From the NCBI GenBank assembly GCA_964188305.1, contig OZ076888.1: 64,000 nucleotides of DNA. One strand, given 5' to 3'. The notes beneath the pieces are model-generated. The model made no database searches. It worked only from the letters and a program-made list of their open reading frames with translations, and was not told where the DNA came from. Positions 13,896-27,999 of this stretch are shown here, piece by piece. How positions within the stretch are numbered: the first letter of the stretch is position 1; each line of letters starts with the position of its first letter. Position numbers and translations under genes: made by a program. The DNA comes from Podarcis bocagei (taxonomy: Eukaryota).

Positions 13896-13955
13896 ATTGC
13901 CCTTAGACCTGCGGGTATAGGGCTGTATAGAAATTTTAATAATAATAATAATTAA
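13896..13955 (+). mobile_element. L2/CR1-type 3' tail interrupted by the solo LTR
   Basis: gcccttagacctgcgggtatagggctgtatagaaat followed by (taa)n. Confidence 0.55.
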
Positions 13956-16900
13956 TGTGCTTCAAGCACCTGTCTTCCTTACAGGTGACTGGATATATGA
14001 ATTGGACTTTGCTCTGTAAAGCAGAGCAGACCTGGAAATCTGTGTGAATGTGTGAATGTTTTCCTGCCATATACAGAAAACTAGAATGCAGCTGACATGC
14101 TGATGGGTGTGCATATTCAACAAACTGCATGTGGCATGACATAACGATAATCATTAGAGCTGACATGAAGTATTCTCATGCTTAGGTGTCTAACATGATG
14201 GATTCTTAAACTGGCAGAGTCACAACCATAGAGGTGAGGGGTATTTTGTTCATCTTCTGCTTAGTTCCAGTATTCAGGAATGCATAATATTGTGTAGATG
14301 GAAGATAGCAACCTTTGCATTTTGCTCTTTGGCATTGATATGCCAAGGTTTTATTTTTACCTTTCATGAATTCTTCATATCCTCAGATTTCCATTTGATC
14401 ATCTATTTTGATGTACTTCCAGATTGCAGGACACACAGCAGTTGTGCTAGTCTGTCACTATCTCAATGGGTTTTGTAACTTCAGCTGGTTTCTCCTTCTG
14501 GACTTACTAGGTTGGCATATGCAACCATAGAATTATCATTTCCCCCTTTCAGGCCTGGCAGCTATATCTTCACTTCCCAACATTAAAGCATCATTACAGC
14601 CAAACAGTGCATTGTCTTGCTCAGTGCAGTTTCTTGACAGAATGAGTAGATATGGCTCAAGAAGCCATGACAGAGGCCTGAGGATTTTGCTGCAGCACAT
14701 AATTTCCTGGCGTTAACTCAGAAGTGATGACATTCTTACTTCCTACCATCTAAAAAGTCAAAAGAGCATAGATTGTCCTCAGAAATCCTGACTACCTAAT
14801 ACCCAGGTATACATGCTTATTGTTCCTAGTGGTAGAAAAAGCACGTTATCACGATTACTCAAGACAGTAGCATGTTCTTACCCCATTGCTGTTCTTGTCT
14901 GAAAATAGTCCAGAATCCTACCAATGTGTGCAACTACAAAGTAGTCAAGCAGCATCATGGGTTCCTTGCTGTAGACTCCTGACCTACAAGAGCTCAGTTA
15001 CATGGGTGCAGATGGCACTGATATAAGTGTTACATTTTAGCTTCCTGATTTTTAAATTGTACTTGTTTCATATGTTACTTTTACCCAACATGGAGACTCA
15101 TTAATCCTGCAGCTGGGATAAGTATTCTTCCTAGAGTCCTTGAAGGGATGAGATTTTTCAAAAGCTGCTCAAAATGACTTTGAGGGTTAAGGTTTCTGCT
15201 GTGCAGAATTTGTAATATCAATGTCTGTTGATGAGGCTGTCAAAGACTGTCTTCAGCTTTTGATGCTCATACCCTTGGTATACTAAATAACAGCAGCTAT
15301 AAGTTATTTGCAAATTCTCCAAAAGGCTTTAAACCTATTACTGGATGTTGTTGGTGAATTATATAATGGGTAATCTAGTAACAACACTATGAGTATAACA
15401 GTGCAAGAGCTCATAAGATGCCCTGAATCCACAGCCTGTGGGGGGTGGGGAAGACTATTGAATTACTTGGCAAGGTAGTTATTATTGCACACTGCTACTA
15501 ATATGGGAGGAATAGTAATATTCTAAAGTGGTGCCTAATATACGTAGTTTTATTTTCACTGTGAGAGAGGGTGTAGATTTCATACTCTTTGTATCTGGAG
15601 CACTTTGCATATTGCACCGTCCCTCCCCCCCCCCAAAAAATAAAGTGGTTGTAATGGGACTCAGTTCTGGGGTGGGGGGAGGGAGCATTTAAAGAGAAAG
15701 AGATCCAATATGTCTGTGGTGATTGTCACCGCTAACTGCTTCTGACTTATGCAGCAACAGCTTCTGTTTTAAGAAGGCAAAGATGTCACAAGTCAGTGAC
15801 TCTTAAACATTGTTCCTAAGGGGACATGCCAGTGGAATATCGTGGTGGTTCCAGTTGGCTGGCTCAGAACTTTTACCTGGTAAATTTTAACCCCTTCTGG
15901 ACACATAGTTACAAAATCCATTGCAGCCACAAGGTTTCCAAAATTCACTCAAATGTGTTTTTGTGTCAGAATAGTGTAAGGATTGGGGGTGGGGGGGAAA
16001 CCAACTTTTAAAAAGTATTAACAGTCATGAAAACGGTTGTGGGTGTTCCCAGGTGAAGAGGTGGTTCTCAAATGTCCAATATGCTATGGAGAAGGTGGTT
16101 GTTTCTGATCGCCCACTGTTTGAAACAGAGTGCTGGACTGGGTAGCCTATGGTTTTATTCTGCAGATATACGTCATCAGCTTGAGTTCACAACTGCATGG
16201 AGGAGGGGGAAAAACTTCACCTTTTGGTTGGTACTGGCCTCATGTCCTGTTACAGTGATGGAGAGGAATGTGCAGATTCAGTTTCATTATGCCTGTCTGT
16301 CTCCCTCCCCCCCCCCAAGAGCTTTCAGGAGACTAGTGAAACACAAGTAGGACCCACAACAAAATGGTACCATGTGGCATGCTCATGTTCAGGGTTACAG
16401 CCAACCAATCAGCCAGGAAACTCCCTTCCCTTCCCCCAATCCCATTTTCTGTTTCTCAACCAATAGTTCTCAGCATTCTGTGGCCACTAAGTTATCATTG
16501 TGCTTAAAAAAATAACTCTTCATTACCTCCCACCCCATATTTTGCATATTCTCCCAAGCTTGCTGGCACCTCATGTGTGTGGGTGGTGTTATTGTGTCTA
16601 CATTGGTATTCAGAGAATGAGCTCCTTAATAGTAGATAGGACTGACAGTAGACTGAAGTATTGAAATCATGATCATTTTATGTCCTTCTTATGTCATTAA
16701 CCTTTTCTGACAGATGGCACTCAAAAAGTAATAATTTAAATTGAGTGCATGTTAATAATTTTTCATAAAGACACCAGTTTGGTATCAAGAAAGGAAAGAA
16801 TGAAATGATCCCCTTTCCTTTTACATTTTTAGAAACTGGATTTGAAGGGTTAGCCCTAACTATAGTGCAATGCTCACATACCTTATTCTTGCACATGAAC

Positions 16901-18968
16901 ATTAAGAACGTTCTTACTTATTATGAAGTGGTTTACAGTGTAAACAAATTAACAAGTTCCAAGACCCTCTCCTGGCTGCCAGATGGACTTCACACGGAGG
17001 ATGCTTATGAATTCTGTAAATAATTTCTTTGCATAATATAAATATGACATTTTTAGAAATCAAGGAATGATGGCATAATGTTTATGCTATTCTTAAGAAC
17101 ATGATTCTTCTAGAACATGAGAAAGAAAACAAATGGTATTTCAGCCATTTTATTGGCTTAATGAAAAATGTTTCCTGAGGGAACTTGTATCAGCTTACTC
17201 CTAGGAAACTGTCCATGGGATTGCAGTCATACTGATAATCATAAAGTGGATTTTATGCATTGTACCACTGCTCTTTGAGTAGTGTGTAATAGTGGATCAA
17301 CATAACCCACTTCATTTTATGGACTGTCTTGGAGGTATGATGAACTCCTGTGCTCCAGAATTTACCACTAGACCACTGATTCTGCTCTTATTTGGCACTT
17401 GAGAGAGCAGTATGTCCAAGTGTAGTAGAACTACCGTGCTGTTTCTATCCTGGGCTTTTGACTTTTCTGTTTCCTATTTGTCACACCTAATACTGCTCTG
17501 GTCTCCTCCTTGTTGAGAGGCAAATGCCCTTCTACATGGGTGAATGGGTAGATAGCTAGCAGTAATGCTTTAGTTACTTTTGTATGGTGTTCAGTGGTTA
17601 TGTATCGGGTCATATTCTTCATGCTGACAATTAACATGGGAGTGGGAATCAGCATTCTATTTCACATCAAAAGCAGATACCAACAGTACTTAATAAAAAG
17701 TAAGGATTGGCTGCTGAAGAAAGATTTGGGATCACATTTGGGTTGCTGGAGCACATGGAAATCAGCACAGAATAATTGACACCACTTAAAGGATTTCTAC
17801 GTGCATGATGTTTAATATAATTTTGTACATAGTGTTGGAGCCTCTGGAGGAAAATGGGGAGTGGGGGAGGATGAATAGCATACTTCAAATACTCTGGCCT
17901 TTGATCTGTTTCCATCGTACTGGGATGAGGGAAGCAAACAGCAAATATCAACAGAAGCTATAGGCTGTGTCAATTTGTGCACCAGTGCACTTGAGTCATC
18001 TCAGATTCCTGTGTCACACTCTCCATAGCAACCTGCTTTCGGCATTAAACTATCCATCTATCCAAATAGCTATTAGCGTAGATGCTTACTCTGCTGGTGC
18101 CCAGGAAACCTGACGCTCATGTAAAACTGCTACGAACGAGATTTAAAACGTTCTTCAGTTGAAAAACAAGACAATCAAAAGGCTGGTTCCTACATGGATC
18201 ACTTCCTTTTGAACAATTCAAAAGTTGAGAGTGTGCACACTTGATTTCATTTGTGCTTTACAACTTTGGAGATTTCCCATGGTTTGATTGCCAGAAAGGC
18301 ATTGCAGTGGGGTGGCAGTCCCAAAAAATTCCCACCTCCAAAGTACTGTTGTTCGGTGAATACGTGACGTGCTTTTAATTCTTGCTTTTTTACCTGGTAG
18401 TGGCTATGCGGTATTGCTTATGGAATAAGCTCACTGATCTGGAAAAAATTAAATCTAATAAAGGAATGTAGATTAAGTTGAGTGGAGTTCAAGTTTGCTT
18501 ATGTCCTTTCTACATGTGACAAGGTGGAGGCATAATGCTAGATGTTGATATAACTAACTTTGCAGAAACTTTTACAAACTTAAATATCTGTTCATTGTCT
18601 TTTTTTTAATGAAATACAAATATCACAAAATGAGCAATTAGGCAAGAGTGGTCCATCCAGTTATATCAGTCATAGCTCCTGAGGTGGAATTTGATATTTG
18701 TTAAGAGAATAAGAAGATGGGGCATAGGATTTACAAGCAGGTGAGAAGCAAGATCCCTGGATCACATGTGGCTCTTTCTAATCACTAGATCTACACATGA
18801 GATCAAGCATCTTCATCTGTTTTGAATACATTCCATCATTTTTAAGATAAAAACTGGAAAAGTGCTTCAAAATGTTTTCATCTTGAGCATGGGGGTTGGA
18901 AGTACAGTTTCTTCAACTATATGTCACCTCGGATATGGTCTCATGGCACAGCAGGCCACCATTTTGCT

Positions 18969-19007
18969 GAAGCTAAGCTGATCTGGGTCTGGTTAGTGCC
19001 TGGATGG
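18969..19007 (+). mobile_element. 5S rRNA-derived SINE head or fragment
   Basis: gaagctaagctgatctgggtctggttagtgcctggatgg resembles the 5S internal control region; a similar minus-strand piece lies at about 45965-46020. Confidence 0.55.
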
Positions 19008-19430
19008 ATGTAGATGAAATCCACATTTCTTCTACTCAAGTCCCATCTTGAAAGGTTACAAACATAAGAAAATACATAATCACAGCAATTTGCCTCTTGG
19101 TTTCCTGCACTTCTGCACTTCTTCAGCCTTTGTATATTTATGCTAGAGGTTTGAAATGGCCAGGTGCCTTTTAGCTAGCTACACAAAGATTATATTTGGC
19201 ACTGGGAGTAGCAAGGAAGTAGGCATAGACCCTAAAGACCCTAAAGAGTGATCTACTCAACCCCAAAAGATTCCAATAAATAAATGCATATTTCTGTGTT
19301 TTGATTTGTTTTTTGTTTTGTTTTGTTTTGTTTTAGTAGTACACTATTTTATTTGACAAGTGGGCAGGAACTTAATCATTTAGATCCACTGGCTACCTGA
19401 ACTGCAGCTGCATGCCCATATTTACTGTAC

Positions 19431-19685
19431 ATCTTTCCGCAGGGCCTGCAAGACAGAGCTGTTCCACCGGGCCTTTGGCCAGGGCACAGCCTGACTCCCT
19501 CCCTCGGCAATCTTCGCGGAGCTCTGGCCCAATGGTTGCTAATGGCTTGATTTGAATTAATTTCATAATGAATGATTTTAGAGTGTTGTTTGTGCTGTAC
19601 TTTTGTACTGTTTTATTGTTGTTAGCCGCCCTGAGCCCGGCTTCGGCTGGGGAGGGCGGGATATAAAAATTTTTATTATTATTAC

Positions 19686-19731
<46 letters not shown>
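19431..19731 (+). mobile_element. 5'-truncated L2-clade LINE 3' end with (TTA)n tail
   Basis: ORF2-like end SFRRACKTELFHRAFGQGTA*, U-rich UTR, stem-loop ccgccctgagcccggcttcggctggggagggcgg, then (tta)n. Confidence 0.8.
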
Positions 19732-19736
<5 letters not shown>

Positions 19737-19780
19737 GGTGAAAGCAGCTTTATAATGTTACAGGTTGCTTTTTATAGATG

Positions 19781-20012
19781 CAGTGGTACCTCGGGTTAAG
19801 TACTTAATTCGTTCTGGAGGTCCGTATTTAACCTGAAACTGTTCTTAACCTGAAGCACCACTTTAGCTAATGGGGCCTCCTGCTGCTGCTGCTGCTGCGC
19901 TGCCGCTGTACGATTTCTGTTCTCAGCCTGAAGCAAAATTCTTAACTTGAAGCACTATTTCTATGTTAGTGGAGTGTGTAACCTGAAGCGTATGTAACCC
20001 GAGGTACCACTG
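19781..20012. mobile_element. Tc1/mariner MITE family A, full length
   Basis: TIR CAGTGGTACCTCGGGTTA / TAACCCGAGGTACCACTG; TA at the right flank and TG at the left. Confidence 0.92.
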
Positions 20013-20599
20013 TATGTTCTCACACCCCAGTCTGTGTTAACCAAAATGTGTGAGATTATCCACAAAGAATGAGAACTTGTGACAGCCCTGGCAGGCATCA
20101 TGTGGACATTAAATATGAATATTAAATAGGAATCAAACACTAATCAAAATATTTTCACTACATGTTCATATTAGCAAGAAATATTAAAAATACAAGCTTA
20201 ACCCAGTTTCCTTCCCTTTTGCAATTTTTTTCAGGAATCAATCAGGTAAAATACAGATGAACAAATAACTAACTATGTTGGCAAATACTGATTAGAAAAC
20301 ACAGCTAAGTGGAAACATTTGGCTGAGAACAAGGTAGAAAAGGCAAACATAAGATATCACCTATATTAAGTTGAATTTAATATGAATCTAACTCATATTT
20401 TCATCCTTCCTCTTAATACTTCTGTGAGGTTATTCAATATGAACATGAAGGAAAGATGACTAAATAGGCTGTTTAGGGGGCAAGAAATTTGCAAACTTAA
20501 GTGAACTTGTCCAGCAAGCATTCATGCAGAGGCTTCTGAGTGTACAATCAATCTGTAACAACATGAGCATGCTTCAAGTGCAGTTCCTGTATTAAAAGT

Positions 20600-20638
20600 A
20601 TACATACATACATACATACATACATACATACATACATA
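20600..20638. repeat. (TACA)n tetranucleotide microsatellite
   Basis: Directly visible. Confidence 0.95.
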
Positions 20639-22633
20639 ATTTTATGTGTATCGCTGATGAACAAAAGTTACCAGCTGGTCCTGCCAAGATTCTCTCTCAA
20701 GCACTCATCAGCCCAACATACAATGCAAATTCACCAAATAGTTGAGCTTTTCAGACGCATCCTTTGGCATGGATAGCTATAGATGCCCTTCAATGGTTCC
20801 CTTCTTCTTTCAACCAGCCCTTGGAGCTAGAGTTACAGATTAGAGCTGCTGTTTCAGCTATTTGCTTTGCAGCTGTTTCTGATACAAAGAACATTTAAAT
20901 TGACATTAATAGATAAGACTAGCAAATGATTCATCTTAGGTCTTCAGCATTTTCTTTTTTACTTTCCTGTAATATAATTTGTACACATATGCAAAAAGTG
21001 CATATCTTAATATAGTTTCCAAATTTTGACTTGTGCGTTTGCAGTAGGTTTGCCTGGGAAATGAGCACTTATTCGGGCAAAAACTGGTATCACTTAAATT
21101 GCTCCTGTTGCAAGGAAGACATTCTGGGCCACTTGGCTCATGTCCATGAATGTTAATCATCCGACCATCTCTCTTGTGCTTCCTAGTGAATGCTTTTGAG
21201 AGTCTCAGATGGTATCTGCAGAAAAGCATTTAAGCACATGTGCAAACTCATTTATTTGTTCCTGAAATGCAGCCAAATTGGCCAAATGGCATGAAGGAAG
21301 CATGAAAATTCTGAACATGCCCTTTGGGTTGACATTGGATGCAGAATAAGACTCCTGAGTTAGAACATTGGCATGGAAAACTTGCGTCTTTGAAGTAGCA
21401 GTTTGAATCCTTCCTGGTGCCATTAAAAATAATCAGAAGTGCTCACAAACATTTTGGCAACTGGTGTATCTGTTATGAAATGGAAAGTATTCTACAGTTA
21501 TTTATTATAGAAAGTACAGTCACCCAATCAGCTGATAGGTTCTGTACTTTAGATGCCTCCATGCTTGAGTATCAATATATTTGCAGTTGCCCTTTACGCA
21601 GTCAATCTGGTTATTTTATAATAATTGTATACGTAGTTCTCATTATACCAGATCTGACACAGTGCCAATAATGCTGTTGAATCTGTTAGTTCTGCCTTGC
21701 TTCTTTCTAGTAATCATGGCTTTCTACATTATGGTGTTACATTTGCCTGCATCATCTGCTTTTTCTTGTTCTGCTGTAATGTCTTATCTACATTACCGAG
21801 GCATTGTTTTAATAATCTCAGTGCAGAAGATTGCTTTGCTCCTCCATACATTCTTGTTAACTGGACTAGTTCCAGACAGGGACAATGTTTTAGAGAGTGG
21901 CACAGTCATGGCTCCATTTCTGCAAAGGTCCCACTGTCTCAGTAGCCCTGCCATTCTCACCTTGCATACAGAGCACTGCAAGCACAGTCAGAGGGTCGTG
22001 CAGGGTGTTAGAATAATTGCATGGTTAGCAACCCCATGTGTTGTTGTTGTTGTTAAGAAAAGTGTGTTGGGGGGAAGTTGTAATTTTCATGGGGATTGCA
22101 GTGCATGGAGAAGGGAGATTTAACTCTCCCTTGCGCTGTCCAGTGGCTCCAGTGATTTTTACATTAGCATTGGATTTTGCACCAGAGAAGTGGTGTCCTT
22201 TCTTCTAGCAACCTGTATGCATGGTGCTTCAGAACTCAAATACTGTCTGAATGTGATGTGGGGTAGACAACAGTATGCTTTTTCTAGGTGATCGCAATAT
22301 TAAGTGGGAGAAAGTATCCTACTCTCTTAAGATTTCTATCACCTCTTTCTTACCTCATAAAATGGGAATGAGATTGTAGAATACTGAGCTGACAGAATGG
22401 GCTGTTTTAATTTATTGCATTTCTAAACTTTTACTTACCGAGTCTTTACCCAAGTTTCTAAACTTCAGGTTACAGGTGAGGGCTACAACTTTTAAATGTT
22501 TCCCCGTGTTTAAAATCCCTGCCGTTATACAGCTAGTGAAATGAGGATAAAAATCAGCCCAACCTAGCCCAGTTCCTGATAATTTACCATTTTCTTTATA
22601 AAGAGAGTTTTGAAAAGTATCTTTCAAAAGTAG

Positions 22634-22671
22634 TGCGCGCGCGTACACACACACACACACACACACACACC
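22634..22671. repeat. (GC)n(AC)n microsatellite
   Basis: Directly visible. Confidence 0.9.
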
Positions 22672-25178
22672 ACTTGAAGTAAAACAATACTCCATGCTGC
22701 TACATGTGGAAACCAGGTCTCTGAGTGATTAGGCCCAGTGCAGGTTTTTCTTTCTCCTAAGGCTCATTGCAGAGTATAAGTGTGTGTAGTTTGGCTGATG
22801 AGGAGGAAGGGGTTAAATTGACCCTCACTGGGCACTGCCATTATGGATGAAAATGGACTTGGTATTGGGGTTTTTTAAAACAACAACAACACCCGAATGT
22901 GATTGCTAACTGTTCAATTAGAATGATGTCTAATTTAGGCTTCAGACAACTTCAGTGAGTTGGATAAGGCAGGTTAATCCAAACTTTATACTGGGGTGGC
23001 AGTGGTGGGGAATTGCTAAGGGATTGTGACAGCTGTCCTTGAATGGCTGCATTCATACTTCTGCTTATAGTGAGCAACGGACTAATTACTTAGCCTTAGG
23101 AGTAAACCATAAGCATGAACAAGCCCTGTAGCTGAAATGTTTTTTATAAACCAAATCAAAGACAGATGGCTTGCCTGTCAGCACTCACTTGAGACATACT
23201 TTTGTGGTCCTAAGGGAAGTACTTCACTGAAAAAGCTGGCAAGACAACAACCCTGGTGAGGTGTCTTGCTGACTGGAAGCGCTATCAGTGAGCAGCCCAC
23301 AAATCAACTGACATCATAGCACGATGGTGTTAATAGTGTCAGGCCTGCCCTTCATTAAAACATACAGCTAGAAAAGAGGTTTCGCTAATGAAAATATTAC
23401 TTGCACAAATAAGCAGGGGTCATAAATGATGTCACAGAATCATAGAATTGTAGAGTTGGCCATTGTAAAGGTTGTGGTAAAGCTTCAAATGGCCCCGCCC
23501 ACAGTAACTGCCACACCCACCAATGTACATGGAACCTAGCAGATTGGTACTCCTGAAGGTGTGGAATGTCAATTGCAATTCTGCTTGTGGCTGAAATGGT
23601 CCCTCTGTATGTTATTGGACAGCACTTTCCATCATCCCTGGCCATTGGCTGGTGGAAGGTATCCAACAACTTCAGGAGAGCATCACATTGGCTATATAAT
23701 ATTTGCCAGGCTCTATCTTTTGATTGTTTTAGGAAGGTAGTAAAAAACTGAGTTATTTTAAAAGGTCTGTTCAAAAAATATTTCCATGATTTTCTTTTTT
23801 TAATAAAAGTTTTTAAGGTTCTTCATTGCATTCTGTGTGTAGTGCTTTTTGTTGTTTTTACTGTGCTAATATGGGGTGATGGTGATGATTTAGTTTTTCC
23901 TGATTTGCTGTCTGCTTTCTATTACTTTTGAAAATATGACAAGATAAAATAAAAATAAAAAGTAGATAAAATGCATGAGAAACTTTACCTGAAACCCAGA
24001 TAAAATACTGATCCAACCTCACTATCCTCTGTACTAAACTGTAGAACAAATACAGTCTAAAGTATATTGAGGGGGGAAACACAGAGCACATAACATGCGA
24101 CGTTCATCATGACTGTCTTATTGGAGTCAGTGAGATTTATATTAGCCACAACTGAGTCCCACTCCATTACTCTCAGTTGTACTAATCTTAACTCAGTTTT
24201 GCTGAATGAATGAATTTGAAATGTTTATTCATTTCTTTTATAAATTAATGAGTTGTGTTCTCTGCCACAGTGGCACCTAAATGGAACTGATAACAAAAAC
24301 ATAAAACTATAATAAAAATACAGTAAAATACTATTTAAAAAACTGTGTTGGACTGCAACTTAGTCCTGCTTAGAGTAGACCCATTAAAATCAGTTGGAAT
24401 TAAGTAAGTCATGACTAAATTCCCTCATTGATTTCAGTAGATCTACTCTTAAGTGAGATCAAGTCTAGATCCACCCCTATGTCCCCAGAAGTTGCATTGA
24501 GTGCCATGGACTTTACTCCCAGGTAGTATAGGATTTCAGCCTAAGGACAGCAGTAAATTGAAGAGTACATCAACACTGTAAACAGTCACTAGGCATTTAT
24601 CACAACTTCTGAGTGGAGTTAGAGCCATTATTCTCATCTTGGATATGCATTTGCAAGACCACTTTGTGTGAATCAGTTATCCTTTTATATGGCATAACTC
24701 CACTTTCCCCACTCAGCTGGAAAGAAAGGGAATGTGTTTGGACAAGCATAGCTGTGGATTCACCCTCCTCTTTCTAAAACATTAAAGACAAATACCTGCT
24801 CAGCTGTCCTTTTCATTTTTACCATGAAACGTATTCTAGATGTCGACAGAGCATAACTTTTCAGGGCTCTCCAGCAATCTGCCAGTGTTTTCTTGATGGC
24901 TCCTGCTTATTTACCATCTGATTCACTTTTCCAAGTGTTGCCCCCCCACCCTCAATATCTGATACTGACTCAGAGAGAGTCTGCCTGAAATGGTACTTGA
25001 AATATTTACAGAGATGATTTCACTGGAAAATGGACTGATCTGACTGTTTTATCATGTAGAAGGGGAAACACATGGGTAACAGCAAAAGCTTGCATTGCTC
25101 ATAGAGGAACTGATAATGTAAACTAGACGTTCACATTACCCTCAGGTGATCTCTTCCCTCTCTTGTTCTGATTTTCAG

Positions 25179-25859
25179 AGAGTGAAATTATTGCTCCAGA
25201 TTGTCTCCGTCCAAGATCCTTCACGGCTATCCGGCGGCCTTCACTACGCAGGGAGACTGAGGACACCCGTCTGTCTGTGAGCCTTTGCGACCTCAACCTC
25301 CAGGAGGAGAACTTCCATGTCATGGCTGCCATGTGTCCCATTCCACAGAATTCCCTCAACTCTCAACATTCCCACCTCCTCCCATCCCAGCTTGAAAGTG
25401 ACCTCCGTTTCCATCAGCTCAGGGGAGCCCATATTAAAATCCTGGATGACCAGACAGTGGCTCGCCTGGAGCATGCTCGAGAAGAGAGAACTTTGGTTTT
25501 CACCAGCAGGCCCCTTAGAATCAATGAGACCATATTTGTCAAGATTAATAAATCCAACACTTCACGTACTGGGACACTCTCTTACGGGGTGACCACTTGC
25601 GATCCTAGCACCCTGAGGCCCAGCGACCTTCCTTATAATCCAGAGTCTTTGGTTGACCGGAAAGAGTTCTGGGCAGTTTGTAGGGTGCTGGTGCCTCTCC
25701 AGAGTGGAGACATTTTGGGATTCATGGTGAATTCAGAAGGCGAACTGCACTTGAGCCACAATGGAGCAAACGCCGGCATGCAGGTGTGCGTGGACTGTTC
25801 CCAGCCACTGTGGATGTTCTTTGGTTTACATGGAGCAGTCATGCAAATCCGTGTCCTGG
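25179..25859 (+). CDS. NEURL1: NEURL1 coding exon (linker + NHR2; likely exon 4)
   Basis: Acceptor tcttgttctgattttcag|AG and donor CTGG|gtatgt; 681 nt, phase 1-1. Translates (E)[14 protein letters not shown]...[13 protein letters not shown]...[18 protein letters not shown], in frame with the previous exon. Confidence 0.97.
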
Positions 25860-27999
25860 GTATGTGCGCCTCTTTCCACATGCAGTGTTATGTAAATGGG
25901 TGGATTGGGCTGAGTGGGCTAGTGGTAGCACTAGAATATAGCACTGGGGTGAGCAAAGAAAAGGCAAAGTAGGTTCTGTGGCAAGTCCTGTCTTGTTTGC
26001 ACTGGATGTTGGAGGTGAGAGAATGGAGAAAGCAGGGTTGCTTCTCAATACCTGCAGTTCCAGCTAGGGCATCCCATCAAGACTGCCAGTGGTGCCTTTC
26101 CAATGGCAAAAAGGGTAAGTAATTTTTATTTATTGGGGGTTATGGAGACACTCGCCTTCTCTTTTTTCCCTATTATCCACAAAATTGAACAGACTGAAAG
26201 AAAATAATATAGCTGACCACTGGGTTCATTTAAACAGCATGTGCAGCCAGCATTTCAGCAAAAAAAGAAAATAAGCAAATGGCTTTATAACATTAAAATC
26301 TCACACATTTATCATTGAGGTACACCGTGCTATAGTACACGAGCAAGGCTTGTAAGGGTGATAGCATTTGAAGTAAACAGCCTAACATTTGCTTATGTTG
26401 CTATAAAATGTGAAGTTAAGAATCCAGCCACGCAGTTTAATATATTACATAGGCATACTATTATGAGTGTTCATTCTTATGGCTTGTTACCAATGTTTGT
26501 CTAATATGACTTGAATTCCTGAAAGTAGTTATTTGCTCTGAGAAATCTAGTCCTTACTGCTTTATAGCTTCTCCCAAACAATAATTTTATGCCAAAAAAG
26601 AACAGAGCTAACAAGCAAACTTGCATTTTGGGAACTGTGACTGGCATGTTGTGATGATGTTAAATGATTTAGACAGTGTATATACTACTTAGAAAAAATA
26701 TCATTAAGTCACCAAGGGAAATGTGCTCCTCAGCACTGTAGAAGTAGAGCACATAGCTTTTAAAGAGCCTTTTAAAAAATGAGTTAATAAGGAAAGGAAA
26801 AGTGTTAGTTAAATGGTGGGCCATTTTTCTGCAAAAGGAGGGAGTATCCTTGGTAGTGTCATAACCCTTTTCCTAAAGTAGTTCTGGGATTTTGAGGAGC
26901 TTCACCAGATTCCGGGGTCTACATGAATGAATGCATTAATTTTGATACAACTGAGATACCTCATCAATAGTGAGTTTTTATGCCACAGATCAATTATGAG
27001 AAGGTGACACCTGTGTAGTTGTGTTCATCACAGAAGCAGCCTCATTCCTTAAAAAACACACCAGAAAAACCACCCTTCTTAAGACTTGCAACAATTGTGT
27101 TATCTTGGAAAAATGCTATTAACCAGCAACTTAAAATGAATACACCACAAGAGAAGTTTGGCAAATGCAGACAATGAATGCACATAAATGTGCCTAATGG
27201 GTCTCTTCCTTTATGTAGCATTTGTTCTGGGGTGCCCCCAAGTTTTGTGAGCCATGTATTTAATTTTGTGTTTAGGGAAATGGACTCATTAAATAGGCAG
27301 AAATGTAGCAGGCAGATCATCTGAGGCACATCACTGCCTAAAGTATTCAGAAAACTGCAGGGCAGACAGCACTTTAGTGTTTTAATAGAAATATGTTTGG
27401 AAGCAGCAGCTTTGGGGTTTCTGGTATATGTCTAAAAACATTTTTTTTATTTAAAAAAAATGCCTTAAGTGCATCTTAGAAAGGCATTAGCTGTGTTAAA
27501 TGCTGTGTGAGCCATTCCATCAGGCTCAATTTTATTTTTATTTTTCTTCTCTTGTAAGCTAAGTATACATTAGTAATGTAAATGATTAGCAAGCATTTCT
27601 CGAGGGGGTTTAATCATCACGTGCTAAAGGGCTGTGCACTGACATTACATAGTATCCTGAGCAAATCTTCATTTTTAGCATCATTTAAAAGTGAAATTAG
27701 TGCAAACTGGAATCTGCCCCTTTACAATTTCTGTGGAGATGGGGAGCCTTCCTTGAGGAGAAACATGCAGTGTGAAGAGGCTTAGGGCTGGCTTTCCATT
27801 TCCTTCTCAATGTGTTTTCTTAAATTATGCTAAGAATGCCTTTTCATCTGGAATGTCACTTGTGAATATTGCTAGTAAAGGATAGAATGTAAAAGAGTTG
27901 CTGCTTCTAAATTGATTGGAGAACTATGCTTTTTCTATTCAGAAATGAGTTTAGGCATCACCCGTGGAAACGTTCGTAGTCAGTGGCATTGAAATAACT

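Noticed and set aside
18969-19007. Functional 5S rRNA or tRNA genes
   Set aside because: Only partial, degenerate SINE-head matches.
21581-22123. 180-aa hydrophobic ORF
   Set aside because: Non-ATG start, T-rich intron composition, no recognisable domain or splice support.
25146-25178. In-frame upstream acceptor (ctcag|GT) 33 nt before the NHR2 exon
   Set aside because: The extension contains an in-frame TGA and the pyrimidine tract is poorer.
25860-25972. ORF running past the NHR2 exon donor for 37 codons
   Set aside because: Similarity ends at the canonical donor; chance open frame.
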